Positions 36,236 through 49,688 of a DNA stretch of 64,000 nt are shown here, in pieces; within the stretch, counting starts at the first letter, position 1, and each line of letters opens with the position of its first letter. The DNA is from Oikopleura dioica (lineage: Eukaryota; Animalia; Chordata): contig OU015566.1 in assembly GCA_907165135.1 (NCBI GenBank), positions 4,774,001 to 4,838,000 of the forward strand, written 5' to 3'. The position numbers and the translations under genes are program-made. The notes under the pieces were generated by a model. The model was not told the DNA's origin and did not search any database. It worked only from the letters and a program-made list of their open reading frames with translations.

Positions 36236-38496
36236 ATGAAACTTTCTTTCATTTTCTTCTCCATTTCACGAATAAGAGCGCAGGAGCCAGAGTATGACGA
36301 TGAGTTCACAACACCAAACTGGGTCTCCACATCAACTTTTTCCGCGACAACAGAATTTTCTTCAACAACATCAGGGGCATCAACATTTGCTTCAACAACG
36401 TTTCCAACAACGGAGGAGATGATTTTGTCAAGTATTGCTTCGTCGACCGAGATTTTTACAGTTCCCTTAACTGATTCGCCAGATTTTTCGACTCAAGAAG
36501 AAACGACGGTGAGAGAATCGACTGAGGGGTGGACCTTGCCGGGCTTGGCCGCGCCTCTAGAATTGTTATCAACAGAAAAATCAGAAGAACCAGAAGAATC
36601 CGATGAGTCATTGAAATTCGGCCTACCACCCGGTTTAAACCCAACCTCAACAGCTGTGACCGTCCCAGAAGCAACAACAACAGCAAAAACAACAACAGAG
36701 GAAGAAACAACAACGATTTCTCTCGAAACAAACAATCAAAATTTTCCACCTTTTTTCACCGGCCAAGAAAATCAGCGAAGCATCGATATTCTCGGCGATT
36801 ATTCAGGTTTTTTCTCGATTCAAGCGCTTTTTCTATAGTTTTTCTAGTGCAATGCGATAACAAACGACTCTGCATTTACGTCAGAAAGCAGTTTCTCCTC
36901 GACAATCAAATCCGAGAAGATGAATTTGTCGAGTTTGGACTTCAGGGGCTTCAAAATGACGAAAACGGAGCCATTTGCGGAGAGTACCAGAGTGTTGTCG
37001 ACCCAACTTTGGACACGACTGGATATTTGCAGTTTTGCTCTTTCCCGAATGCAATTAGCGGGTGGGGCTGTGGAACTTCTTTTCAGGTTGGTTCTCTTTT
37101 CCCTTCCTCTCTTCATCTTTTCTTTAGCAAAATGACACGCATTTCATTTACGAAAACAACGTCTTCTTCCGCCGGAGCCCGTTATTCGCCATTGGCATCA
37201 ATGGAACTTGCACGACCGAGAGAAACATGCTCGTTTCTGACACGATGGGAGTCTACATCAACAATCCAAAGATGATCACGATGACGATTCCGATTTTCAG
37301 AGGTGGCGAGTTTCCTGTCATGATGAATTTGTACCAAGATATGACTTGGAGCGCGGCATATCAACAGGAAAGGATCAGAAAAACAATCATGATAGTGGTG
37401 ATTTTCGGATTATCGGAAATGTCAGCAATCTCGTTTTTAGCATAAATAACGTTTTTGTCAAAAATGTCGTTTTTTTTCAAAATATTGCTTTTGTCAAAAA
37501 TTTCGTTTTCTTCAAAAATGTCGTTTTTTTTTCAAAAATATCGTTTTTGTCAAAAATAACGCTTTTTTCAAAATGTCGCTTTTGTCAAAAAATTCTTTTA
37601 TTTTGTCAAATATATCGATTTTGTCAAAAACATTGTTTTTCTCAAAAATGTCGTTCTTTTAAAAATATCCTCTTTCTCGAAAATAGCATTTTTGTCAAAA
37701 ATGTCGATTTAGTCAAAATGTCGTTTCTGTCATAAAATGTCAAAAACACACTCATTCTTCTTCTGACCCATCAAAGCCCCCCTTTCTCGACCTTGGCCTC
37801 AGTCCAACTGAAATCAGCTACATGTTCATCGCCATCCGCCACATCAAACCCCTCCCAGGAGCATCAGTTCAAGTCCTTCGTCTTTGGGGAACCCCTAGCG
37901 CGGACTCGAGAGATCCATCATTTTACAATATCATCTCTGATCAATGCAGGGAAAAGGTCAATGGTCACCCTGTTTTTGAAGTTGACAACTTTTTGAATGG
38001 AGAAGGAAGTATTGTCAGATACCAAGTTCCTGTCTTTGCTTTTCCCAATTCCGGCAAGGTAAGAATGAGCATTATAAGCCCGATTAAGGAGGCTGGGTTA
38101 AAGGTTTATCTCCACGCAGATGTCAGAATCTGCTTTCAAGACAACGGCCTTACTGTTTGCACAAAAACCTGCGCTCCGTACACTTTCAGTCGGAAAAGAA
38201 GATCGTCAGATGAGCTTATTGACGACTCAGAAACAATCACTTGGGGACCAATCTACATCAACAAACCAGATGATCCTACAGATCGCCTCGGCCAAGCTAC
38301 AGTAAATATTTGATGTTCAATTTTTTTTTTCATCAAATAATTTTTCTAGCTAAAAGTAGCGAATCAAGAAGAAAATCTTTCGGGTGAAGTAAAATTGATC
38401 ATCGTTGTCGTCATCGGCTCTGTCTCAGTCCTCATTCTTGGAATCATTCTCGGAGTCTTGCTGAAAAGAAGCTTGGCAAGAAAAGATTTCACCTGA
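36236..38496 (+). CDS. ZP-domain membrane protein with a Thr/Ser-rich mucin-like N-terminus
   Basis: Signal peptide, T/S stalk, ZP-N (QCDNKRL..GCGT), ZP-C (VYLHADVRIC), furin site RKRR, TM LIIVVVIGSVSVLILGIILGVLL; GA-AG intron 37368-37776. Confidence 0.85.
37445..37745. repeat. Intronic tandem repeat (ttttgtcaaaaatgtcg-like, about 20 bp)
   Basis: Imperfect copies inside the GA-AG intron. Confidence 0.8.
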
Positions 38497-38588
38497 TACC
38501 TTTTTTTCTCAAATCTGTAAACTTTTCTTTATACAAAGTCCTGCTGCTTTTGACCCTTTTGAAACAAGAAAAAGTACGAACGAATGAG

Positions 38589-40794
38589 TCACTGTATTTT
38601 ACTCTTCCAGCTGTTGAGTATAAAGTTTTCAACTTTATAAATATCCTCATTATCTTCCGTGATGAATTTTTCATTCGATCGGAGCTTCATTTCCACCAGT
38701 TTTTCTAGCACTTTTTCCTCCGACTACAAAATTGGTTGTTGAAAAAGGAACATTTTCCCCGAGCACCTTTTTGAGTAAAAATGACAGGACAGAAATTGTA
38801 TTCTGAAAGCCATCACACAGTTTGTCTTCATAAAGAGCGTAGACGAATCCTTTCGCGGTCTCGAATTTCCTCCATGATTCCAATTTCTTGTTCATTGTTT
38901 CTTTGAAACATTTTGCTAGAAACGGTTCGAACGCGAAATCATCTTTTATGACTTCGGAATAAGAACCCTTTCCCTATAAAATTAGGCGAAAATACGATGT
39001 AAGAATTGCGGTTGACCCCGGGCGGAAGACAGAAGCCGTAAAAAGCAAGCAACACGTGGTCAGACTTGCTCCCCCGTAAGTGATAAACAGCTCCTCGTTC
39101 GGTAGCAGCTCGCGATCCGCGTGCAGAATAAAGTCACCTGTCTCCACATCTCAATTTCAAGTTGATTAATTTGAGCGCTCGAACTTCTACCTGTTTCATA
39201 GTAGCAATTTGGCGTGCTGGAATGGTTGATAAGGTCCATAAAGGGGCACATAAAGGCGCTTCTGGAAGTGTCTTTGTCAGAACAGTAGTCTAAAATCAGG
39301 TTAAAAGAAGCCATCTGGCTGATTTTTGGCTCGGCAACCTGAGAAGAAAACCTGAGTCAGGGTTGTAAAAGAGAAAAATGAAAAGCCGCGTAGCGGCTTT
39401 TTTTTTAAAACGAAGCCGCGAAGCGGCTTCGCAATTATTACCTTTTATATCTAAAGAAAATTCTGGCGAAGCCGCTTTGCGGCTTCTTTGTAACGGTTAA
39501 GCTCTTTCAAACCCTGAGTCAGGTTTTCTGCACAGGTTGCCGAGCTCAGATTCCGCCGTTTTTTCGTACCAAGATCTGAGGTTTCCATATAATTCGGCAA
39601 AGAGAAGGTCCTACTTAGGACCATTGAATAAGCCCAAGTAAGGTCCGCTTTGGTCAGTCCAATCTGTTTGCCCAGGGCGAAGCAGAGCTCTGTGACATTC
39701 TTCTGCAGCGCGACTGATAAGAGATAAACCTCGCAGGGCAAATTGGCCATGGCCTTGGGCGAGTAGTCCAGTGGGAGAGAAAAGTGTTCCGGGAGCGTTT
39801 GAATGAATTTTTTCATGATGGGAGTGAGCGGTTTTCGCCGTTCTAGAGCCAAATGAAGCGCTAGAAAGAGGATGAGAAAAAGGGAGGAGGAAGAAAAGGG
39901 AGGACCTAGAATTTGATGGCAGGAGAGAGTGATTTTCTTTTGACGAATAAAATTGGCCATGGAGTTTGGAGAAGAGTCGAATGAATGGAGATTGATTTGG
40001 CAGGATTTGGGGATGCGGATCAAAACCTCATCCTCTTTTATCGGCGCTGAAAAAAAGGTAACACAGAGTTCAAGACGCCTCATGACCTGCCACCATGAAT
40101 TTTTATAGCAAGTACTTAGGCAGAACTAAATTTCTATTTTTACCACTTTCCTGATCCCCCTCTGAGTCAAGCCATTTCCTCGAAAACGTATCTGTTAACG
40201 TGCGCGGCGATTAATAAATTTTGACCTGTCCGCGCGCGAAGGGAGGCTATTAATTTTTCTAGCGCTGATGAAAGCAATAAATCGTGTCTTTTACTTGCAA
40301 AAGCATTTTCACCTTTTTTCCCTTTCTCATTATTTTTAAGCAGTGGTGGCTTCTTGGTATTCAGTATTTGACTTACCAGCGGCGATAATTCCAAGGTCAA
40401 AAGCAGTTTTTGAGACTTGGATTCTCGGGTCCACAAAGCCGTCGCTTTCGATATGTGATCTGAAAAGAGAAATTTACAAAAAAAATATATTTAAAAAATT
40501 TTATAATTTAATTTTTTTAAATAAATTTATTCAATACTTTGTTATAATTTAAATTTGTTAATTAAATTAATATTTTTAATCATTTTTAAATATTTTTTCG
40601 ATAAATAAAAAAAATATTTTAAATTTATGCATTTCAAAAATAAAAAAAAACCTCCAAAACAAAATCTCATGCGGCTTTTTAGCGGCTTAAATGAGCGACT
40701 CAACAGAAAGCCGCATTTTGAGGCGCCAAACATGAGTTTTCATGAAAAGGACTCGCCTCAACTCATCAATCGCCCTCTTCTTCTCCGGGTCCAT
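38589..40794 (-). CDS. SET-domain methyltransferase of the Rubisco-LSMT/SETD3-SETD4 type
   Basis: GIIAAAPIKEDEVLIRIP, WAYSMVLSRTF, PFMDLINHS and ELFITYG motifs; first intron is GC-AG (40460-40756, gcgagt donor). Confidence 0.82.
39329..39545. mobile_element. Foldback MITE, same family as 27193-27419
   Basis: gctcggcaacctgag..cacaggttgccgagc TIRs. Confidence 0.85.
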
Positions 40795-41087
40795 TTCTCC
40801 TGTTTCCTTCGTTTCTCAATCTTCAGTCTTCGCAAAAGTGACAATCGCGCCAAGAACTGAGAGCGCGTCAAACTTTCCCGAGGGCGCTAGTGAAAGGTTT
40901 TCTAGAGCAGGGCGCCCTGCAATAATTTTTTTATTTTATCGACCTTTCAGGAACACTACTGTATATTTTACTGTATTATTTCTTTAGTACGAGAGTCGGT
41001 TTTTTTTATTTAAAAAAAAACTATTTTTTGTTAGAAATTTATTAAATAAAGTTTTAAAAAAATGAAAATGGAAGAAAATTTCACTTA

Positions 41088-41930
41088 TCAGCAGGGAAAG
41101 TTCTTTGATCGATGCTCGGATTCGGTGATAACAGCTTTGAAGAAGCTTTGGAAGTTTCTTCTTGATTGAGAAGCAGTGCATCTGTGAGCCCATAATTCGA
41201 GAGCACGGAAGGAGAATTCGAGTAGAACATTCTTGCACTGTGGCTTTCCTTCAACGCCTATCAAAGAATTAAACACCCGATTCTTTCCCCGTCTCGCCTG
41301 TTTTTGAGCTCTCATTTTGTGCACAATAAAGACCATGATGAAAACTGTCGCCGTCACGAGACCAACCAATGCCATTATCTGTCTGAATAGGGCTTAGCTT
41401 GAACCAAAACCTTGATAATAAAACTTACAGGACGAAAATACTGAGATTCTCTTTTGGTCCACAAATGACGGTTTTGGTCAAAAGGCACGACTTTGCATTG
41501 ACGTTGATTTTTGGCGATGACTCATCTTCCATGTCTTCGAATTCCCTAAAAAATTATTTTCCGCCTGTATAAAACAAGATCTTACAGTATCCCAACAAGT
41601 CCATTTCCAGGGCTTTGGATGAATTCACAGTCTTCTGAGTCCAAATCAACCGATGTCTCTTCAATTATTCTTGAGCTGTCTTCACAAATCTTAATTAAAA
41701 ACAGAATCAAGTCTGGCAGACAAATGAACCAACAAACCTCCCCTTGGGATCTGAAAAGACTCCAAAAGTGAGTTGGCGGTGCGCAGCATTTTTCCTCTGA
41801 GGTCAGGACCATGCAAGTTTGCCACATTGCCGTCCCACGGACTTATTTTTTGAGGTTAAGAATATTTGGTCAGGACTTACATTTTTCCTTGTCGATGATT
41901 TTCCAGCATTTGTTGCATATTTCAGGAATG
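41088..41930 (-). CDS. Probable single-pass membrane protein, partial model
   Basis: Cys-containing exon fragments followed by TM MALVGLVTATVFIMVFIV and basic HKMRAQK; the full exon chain could not be resolved. Confidence 0.35.
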
Positions 41931-42834
41931 CAGTAAGCTAACAAAGAGTTTTTTTCCAGCAAAACTTCCCCAAAAAATAAAATTTTTCAAAATTTTAAGG
42001 GTGTAGCCCCCGAAAAATCGATTAAGTTTTTATTTGCTACTTTTTCTCAAAATTGGTTGTTTCCTGGTTTCATTTGTTTGGACCTGAGTGAGGTTCCTTT
42101 GGTCATAAAATTAGTTGTTCAAAGTAAATTTCCGATTTCGATGAATTATGAAAATTTTGTCTAACAGTATAGGAATTGGCAGAAAAACAAGAGTTATTTT
42201 TTCAAAATATTCTCAAAAGAAAAAATCAAATTTTTAATAATTTTCATTGATTTATGATTTTTACTTTCCAAAATTTACATCTTCAATTTTCCGGAAAAAA
42301 TAAACTTAAATGACAAAAGTTTAATTCAAAATTAAAAGAACTCCCTGTCCTTCGAGTTTCATCTCTCCTGCTCTCTGAAGGCTCTTGTTCAATTTGCGAT
42401 AGCTGGAAGAGCTCCTCCTTTTATAAATTGAATGCGACATACTGTGCGTTCTGACAGTGTCTTTCACGATTGAAGTACGTTCTTTAGATTTGTTTCAAAG
42501 TATTTTCGAGATAGCGAGTTAGTTAAACTTCTCCTCATTTATTCAGAAGCTGGCGCACAAGATGGCGTGCCAGAACGAACATGACCCAGGGTCGCGGATA
42601 TAAATGATTCAGCTGCTATTATTTTTCGTGGCGTTGGTTATTATCGAGATTGACATGGAAAAAGAATGCACAATATAGATTTGATGAGAGGCAATCTTTG
42701 ACGCAATGGATTCAGCGTCATATTCTTTCAAAAGTGACTTACTGAATATTGCGCTAAAATAAGGATCTGAGAAAGAGTTGCAAATTTTGCTTTATTTTTG
42801 CTGAAGTGAGCGAAGCTGATCTGCGTGTAAAATT

Positions 42835-43260
42835 CCCTGAGCTGAGCTGGCCTACTTCGGAGCTCACTGAGCTATGCTGAGCTGAGCTTCCCTTTTTCAG
42901 AGGTCATCGAGCTGAGCTGGCCTTAATTAGAGCTGAGCTGAGCTGAGCTATTTTACTTTATGTTCAGTAGTAAAATTGTGTTAAAATCATTGAGCTGAGC
43001 TGAGCTGAGTGATAGTTATCTGAGCTGATCAGATCAGATCATTTTCGAAGATCACTGAGCTGAGCGATTGCTCAGCATTCTCAAGCAGCTCAGCCAACTC
43101 AGCTCAACAAATTTGCAACTCTGAGATTCTTTGACAAGTAAGCTCAGTTTTGACCCAATCTCAGCTAGCCTTGGCTCGACAACCTGTCTACAAAACCTGA
43201 GTCAGGCTTTAAAAGGGGAAAAATAAATTTTTTTTTAACGAAGCCGCGAAACGGCTTGGT
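42835..43260. repeat. AGCTC-family element followed by a partial ctcggcaacc-family MITE
   Basis: gagct-oriented left arm and ctcag-oriented right arm; ctcgacaacctg..ctgagtcagg at about 43175. Confidence 0.75.
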
Positions 43261-43757
43261 CATTATTTGCGAAACACGCAATTGTTATTTTGGCGAATCG
43301 GTCTCATTTGAAAAAAGGAGCTGTTTTCCGAGAAAAAACTGCGACGGCCTATTTTTTTTTTCCAAGAAATGTACAAAAGTAAAACCACTTGGCCATTTCA
43401 GCACGATAATATAATGATCTATTATGTATCGGAAAACGCACTTCTTTTTCTATTTTTAATTACCACAAGTCACTTGACAAATGTGGCTATCAAAAAGTGA
43501 CCAACTCTCGAAAGGACACATGTTACCAGTATTTCTACTGGCAAATACTGAATCAGTTACAGAATGCGAGGGCACAGATGAACATGAACCTCTTACACTC
43601 GTTTTGTTTAAAAATTGGTCAAAATTGCATGTCAAAAAAGCATGGCAAAAAGAACTCAAATTGACATCCATGGGAAAAAGCCCATCTGATGGTTCGATCA
43701 AAATTTCACCACCAAAAAAATCGAGTTTAGCTGTGCCCGACCCAAAAGAGAGAAATA

Positions 43758-46700
43758 ATGCGGCTTAGTTCCGGGGCATTTTTGCTTTTGCAAAGCGATG
43801 CGTTCAAGATTTCAAACTTGAATGCTGAGAATTTGGACTTTCAGATCGAGTTTGATTCTGGAGCCCATTTAGCTTACGGTAAAAATGGCCAAGAGAGCTG
43901 GAAATTATGATTTCTTAATTAAGATATTTTGAAAAACGAAGATGCTTTCGTCTATTCCGACGGAGTCCGCTACTCCGTTGCCGATGGAAATCTCCTGCCC
44001 GTCGACTTCAAGTCCCTTCCTGCTCAAACTGACAAGCTCGGCGATTTCGACATGAACATTTGGACTTGGAAATTTGGCCCCGAGGAGAACATCATGATGA
44101 CCGTGATGAAAAACTACTTCGAAACCGAAGCGCTCATTTTTGAAACTCATTTGCCCCGTGGAGTTGAAAACTCTTCAGCTGGAAGAAAAGATACTTCTTG
44201 CACCGGCTGGCCTGCGCTGAAAGTGAATGAAGACAACGACGATATTGGCTTTACGACTCCAGGGGGCAATGTCATGGGCTGGACGATGATGGCAGCGGGC
44301 AAGTACAAACTCGATGAACTCAGGGTTGCTCCTCTCGAGGGAAGATTCATGGCTGACCGCCAGGGAGGCATTACTTTGCTTTACGGAGGAGATTCGCACC
44401 AAATGGACGCGGTGATTCTCTCGCCATTCAATGAGTTTATGACTCAGGAATTGGTCACGAATACCCTTAATGCTGGGCGACACTGGTTATGTCGCCAAAT
44501 GTCGACAAATGTCACCGAATGTCGACAAATGTCCCCGAATGCTGAAAAATGTCCCCGAATGTCGATAAATGTCGACAAATGTCCCCGAATGTCGACAAAT
44601 GTCGACAAATGTCCCCGGATATTGCCGAATGTCGCTGGATGTTGCTGAATGTCGCCCAATGTCGCCAAAAATTAAAAAAGAATGGCGATATTCAGCGACA
44701 CTCAGCGACATCAAGTGACATTCGGCGACACTGGGCGATATTCGCCGACATAAACAGGGCGCTCCTTAATGTTGATTCAAATTTATTCCAGCTTCTTTTT
44801 GATTATTTTATTGACAAATTGAATACAGTATTGACCATCGAGTCAAGCACAACGTATTAGATATGGACAGAGGCCAGCTTTACTTTGGAATCCAGGGCGA
44901 TGTGAAATCGATTCCCGCTGGATTTGTCGCTTCGTCGATCATCGTCGGTTCTCGTTGGGGAATCAGAGATGCAATTGACGATTGGGGCTTGGTCATGCGA
45001 ACTTGGTACGATCGAACAGAAGCGTTTCGCCATTCCGATATTTTCAACACCCATCTTGGCTACAACACCAACGCCGGGGCCTACTACTACTACAACACGG
45101 AGGGAGACATGAATTACGAAGACACGATGGCGTTTGCTGCCGATTATTTCCGAGCTGATGACATTCCCATTCGATGGATGCAGTACGACTCCTGGTTTTA
45201 CGAGAAAGGAAGAGGAGCTGGAGTTAAAACTTGGATTCCAACCGAGAAGAAGTTTCCTTCAGGGCCTCAAGCTGCGTACCACAAGCATGGGCACCAACTT
45301 CAATGTCATAACAGATGGTGGGCACCAGACAATACTTATGCTAAGGAATGGGTTCTTTTAACCATTACTTATGATTAATTAGATATATTGTCAATTAAAT
45401 TGACTCAATATAATATTGACTAAGAAAAGCAATTTCTTTGCGTCTATGTAAAAATTTATAATCTAAACCAGAGTTCGAAACCCGAAATTTCGTGACTTTA
45501 CTCATATTACTCGTTTTCTCAAATACCGGCCTATAAAGTCCATTTTCTCATTTTTTTCATTAGTTTATGGTGTCTACGAGAAGAAATTTTAACTTCTTAA
45601 AAAAACCCTAACTATAGCAAAATGGTGGCGAATATGACTTCATAATCGAACCGGACGGTGTCACCGTTCCCGGCCCAATCGAAATCGAAGTCGAGGGTCC
45701 AAACGGCTTTCCGATCACCATCCCGATTCTCGACGAAAATGGCTACACCAAGGGCCCATTTTCCCTCCCCAACGATGATCGCTTCTGGATGGACTTTTTC
45801 AAAGACGTCAAGACCTGGGGCGTCGAGTCGTATCTTCAAGATTGGATGATGGACACGTATCTCTTCATGAACGCGACGCAGGAGTCCGTCGATTTCGCTC
45901 GAAACTGGCTCGTCAACATGGGCCACGCTGCCGACGCCCACGATATCAACATTCAGTACTGCCTGACTCTCACTCGCTGCGGCCTCCAAGCTCTGGAAAT
46001 TCCGCGAGTCACGCAAGTCCGCGTTTCTGCCGACTACGCATACAACTTCGCCCAGTGGACAATCGGCCTCACCTCGTTGATTGCAGACAATCTGGGAATG
46101 GCGCCGCATAAGGACACCTTCTATACAGTCAGAGAAATGCCGGATAATAACAATTTCGCGCCTGAAAATTATCCCGATTTGCATTCTGCTGTAGCTACTC
46201 TCAGGAAAGCAGCTTAATCGAAGTGAAGACATAGAGGACTCTTCTTTTAGCTCTCGAATAGTACCGGTCCAGTGACTTTCGGAGACAAGCCTGGAACAAG
46301 CAACTATGATGTCCTCCTCCGATGTTGCCGAAAAGACGGAAAGATTCTAAAGCCAAGTCGGCCACTGACGGCGATCGATGCGCAAATCCGATCCATGGGT
46401 GTTGATATCGCTCACGGAACAGGAGCTGCCACGGGTTTTAATGGAACTGTTGTCGGTAACTCTTGGAATTCTCAGGCAAAGCTCACATTTTTCTCGATAA
46501 AAACAGAGGCCCCTTAATCTAGGAAATGAAACCGACGAAAATTTCGAAAAATTTTGCGTTGGAATTTTCAACCAATCAGAAGCCTGGATTCAGCAAACCA
46601 GCCAATCAGCAACCAAGTTTTCGACAAATTTTGCGTGGGCGGCTTCTAGGCTGCTGATTGGTCGGTTTGCGGATCTAGGCTTCTGATTGGTTGAAAATTT

Positions 46701-47311
46701 CCACGCAAAATTTGCCGAATTTTTTTTGTCGGTTCCAGACACCATCCCCTTAATCTTTCGAGCTTTTTTGGAAAGGGTCAAGTTTGGACGACCTATTCGG
46801 ACATTTCCGGCTACAAATTCGGAATCATCTTCAACGGCATCCTCACCGACGACTATCAAATCTTCGACTGGGAGTGCAATTTCCCCACTCAAAACACATA
46901 TGTCTACAAAGAGTGGCCAGAGAGACAGGAGCTTGGTGAAAATGCTTTCCCCGTGACTTTGTCGTCTGACGAAAAATGGGGTCTGCATCATGTCTCGCCT
47001 GTTATAAGGGTTGATAATTACAACGTCGTGATAATTGGGGAACAGGTGGGTTCAAAAATAAAATCAATTTTTTCATTATTTTTTAGGGAAAATGGGCCCG
47101 AATGTCCCCACAACGAGTCACGCGCATCCAAAACTACCAGTTCTTCCTTCTCCTCGAACTCGACGGATCCCCCGGCGAAGAAATCTTCTTCAACTTCTTG
47201 ATCTGGCGTGACGGCGAAGAGCCCCGACCGCTGATCGGAGAGGTGACTTTCGGCTCGAACTTGAAGGCGTCGCTGAAAATCGAAAATGGCCGCTTGTCAG
47301 TTTCTTACTAA
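43758..47311 (+). CDS. Secreted uncharacterised glycoside-hydrolase-like protein (clan GH-D, GH27/GH36-like TIM barrel)
   Basis: Signal MRLSSGAFLLLQSDA; GAYYYY, MQYDSWFY, HNRWW, YLQDW, QVRVSADY and STGPVTFGDKPG..CCRKDGKILKP motifs. Confidence 0.7.
44475..44760. repeat. Intronic foldback array of 10-bp units (tgtcgacaaa / cgacattcgg)
   Basis: Left-arm units are reverse complements of right-arm units. Confidence 0.8.
46514..46753. mobile_element. TTAA-flanked foldback MITE, related to 52625-52785
   Basis: ttttcaaccaatcagaagcct / aggcttctgattggttgaaaa inverted arms; shared right end gtcggttccagac..cccc|ttaa. Confidence 0.75.
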
Positions 47312-47654
47312 ATTAGATTCTTATTATAGTATTATTTTGCGATTGAGAATAAAATTGTCAGAAAGAAAGTTTGTCTCGATGACGTCTTTTTTCGGAGAAA
47401 CTTATCTTACTCAGCCTGTCAGCGGACGGAGTAGGATAATACATTTCGGTCTGCTCGATTCTTGATTACAGTAACTCCTCAGGAATATGCTAAATCATCT
47501 TGCGGTAGAATTTCACAGCTTTTGATAGATCAATAATTTAAGAAAATAGAAGCACTATTTAGAATATGTTCTATTCCGCTGTTCCGACCTTATTAATAAT
47601 AAGTTATTATCTTAAAAGCAGGACAGAAGGGTAGCGAGGGTTATTTTAACGGGA

Positions 47655-48612
47655 AAAAAGAACTTCTCCACGCACTCGCTAGAGCGAATTCTAAAAGGGC
47701 GCGCGAGAGGCGCGAGGGTGGAGCAGCTGAGGCACACGCGAGTAACGCGGTAGGAGATGGGCACACCCGGTAGGTATAATGTGGGTAAGAGGGATTCGCC
47801 TGCCCCCCAGCGGGTGACAAGCCCAACACGACCGAACTGCCCAACTTTGCGGGAAACAGCGAGGCTCAGTGGGAAATCGCTAATCTATCGAGGAAAATCA
47901 TGATCAGAGGGTTGTTGCGACGGTCTAGCTTATCTGCACAAGTTTCACTTTTCGGAGGATCATGAGCATTTTTGCTCAAAAATTTTCAGGAAAGATGTGA
48001 TTTATACTAATTCGACCATGGAGATTCCAAAAATCACACTTAAAACATCTAAAAACGTGAGTTTATTCAATATAACCTCAATCAAAGTTCATCCTATTGT
48101 AATCAAATTTTAATCCAGCTGTCTTGTGATCTTCTCTTCCGTTTGAAAAGTCTTTTTTAATCTTCCAGCTAATATCTCATTACCTTTTATTAGTTTAGGA
48201 GACTAAACTTTCCATTAACGATAAGGCCATGATAATTGAAGACGGTGAACGTATATCCAAAGAGGGCGAAAAAACGAAACCAAAATATAAGGTAAACAAG
48301 ACAAGCCCTAAATATTTCCACCCACCAAGACTGAGTCTCAACTTTCAATTCATCTGAAAATCATCTTGACCCGAACTGCCTAGCCATACTGTATGGTATG
48401 GACCATACTGTATGGTCCATAGATCCTCCCAGAAATATTCCTCATTGACCTTGTAGATATTCGTTGGCCGACATTTGTTGCTCATGATGGGCTACTTAGC
48501 TTTAATCTTGTCTCCTACATCGTTACTTGCGTGTGCCTCAGCTGATCGACCTCGCTACTCTCGCGCGCCCTTTTCAGAGCTCGACCAGCGAGTGCGTGGA
48601 GAAGTTCTCTTA
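47655..48612. repeat. Two diverged ~105-bp GC-rich repeat copies in inverted orientation (47655-47760, 48510-48612)
   Basis: gaacttctccacgcactcgct..gctgaggcacacgcgagtaacg matches the reverse complement of the second copy. Confidence 0.75.
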
Positions 48613-48712
48613 ATCCATTTTAACTGCGTCAACAAGATTAAAATACGATTGAAGGTTATTTTTCGTCTTTAATATTTACCATCGACAAAATGAGTTAGGT
48701 GGGCATATGATC

Positions 48713-49069
48713 AGGTAAACTTGATGAAAAATGAGCTCTTTTTAGAGCGTATAAATCAGGAAGAATAATACAGTTTAAGAATCCTCAGAAGCTGGGGATC
48801 ATTTTGACTATTGACACTGGGGGGTTTTGCCCATGCCCTGAGGGGTTTTAGGCCTTTCTCCAGAAGTGGGGAGAAGAAAAGTTATGAGCCTCTAACCGAG
48901 ATTGGCCAAATTTTCGGACTTTGGAAGGCCTTAAACCCCTCAGGGCATGAGCAAAACCCCCAAGTGTCAATAGTCAAAATGATCCTCAGCTTCTGAGGAT
49001 TCTAAAACTGTATTATACTTCCTGATTCATAAGCTCTAAAAAGAGCTCATTTTTCATCAAGTTTACCTA
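48713..49069. mobile_element. Mutator-like MITE with ~140-bp TIRs and 9-bp TSD (catatgatc)
   Basis: Near-perfect long inverted arms starting aggtaaacttgatgaaaaatgagctc; TSD at 48704-48712 and 49070-49078. Confidence 0.88.
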
Positions 49070-49688
49070 CATATGATCGAAGATTGCCAGGAGGCAAAGT
49101 TTAAAGCCGATTAATTGCAGATTTAGCTGTTTCGAAGGAGAATAGGCGAAAAATATGTGGTGAGGATCTTCTTTCAAACGACTTCAAGCTAAAGGTTGTT
49201 TTCTTATTGTAAACACTCAATTGTAATTTAACTTCTGAAAAAATATTCATAATCGAAATCAAAATTTAAAAGAAAAGTAAAAATTTTAGAAAAAAATTAT
49301 TTTCGATATTAAATATTTTCGAGTCTTGAATTTGGTGAGAATTAATTCGTTGCGGAAAATTGAAATTTAAAACAGTAAAAATATCGCTTTTCTCGTCATA
49401 AACCTTGGTTACTTGAGTAATAGTCCATAAGTTCGTGTATAAACATATTTTTCCGATACGAGTTCATAATTAACATGCCAGAAAAACTAATATATCTTAT
49501 GTCAAACTAAAATTAAAATATGCAAAGTATCAATACTCATTTTTTTTCTTTCCTTGGATGCCAATTACTGTATATTTCCACGCCACGCCACCCTGTTTTT
49601 TGGCTCTCGGGCATCCTCCCTCCTCCCTTATAAACTCCACTGCGAAATCTGTCAATATCAAAAGAATAAACTTTTCGCGGAAAAAAGT

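Noticed and set aside
43481-43768. 95-aa ORF upstream of the glycosidase as its first exon or a separate gene
   Set aside because: The glycosidase has its own in-frame signal peptide from ATG 43758; this ORF has no motif or splice support.
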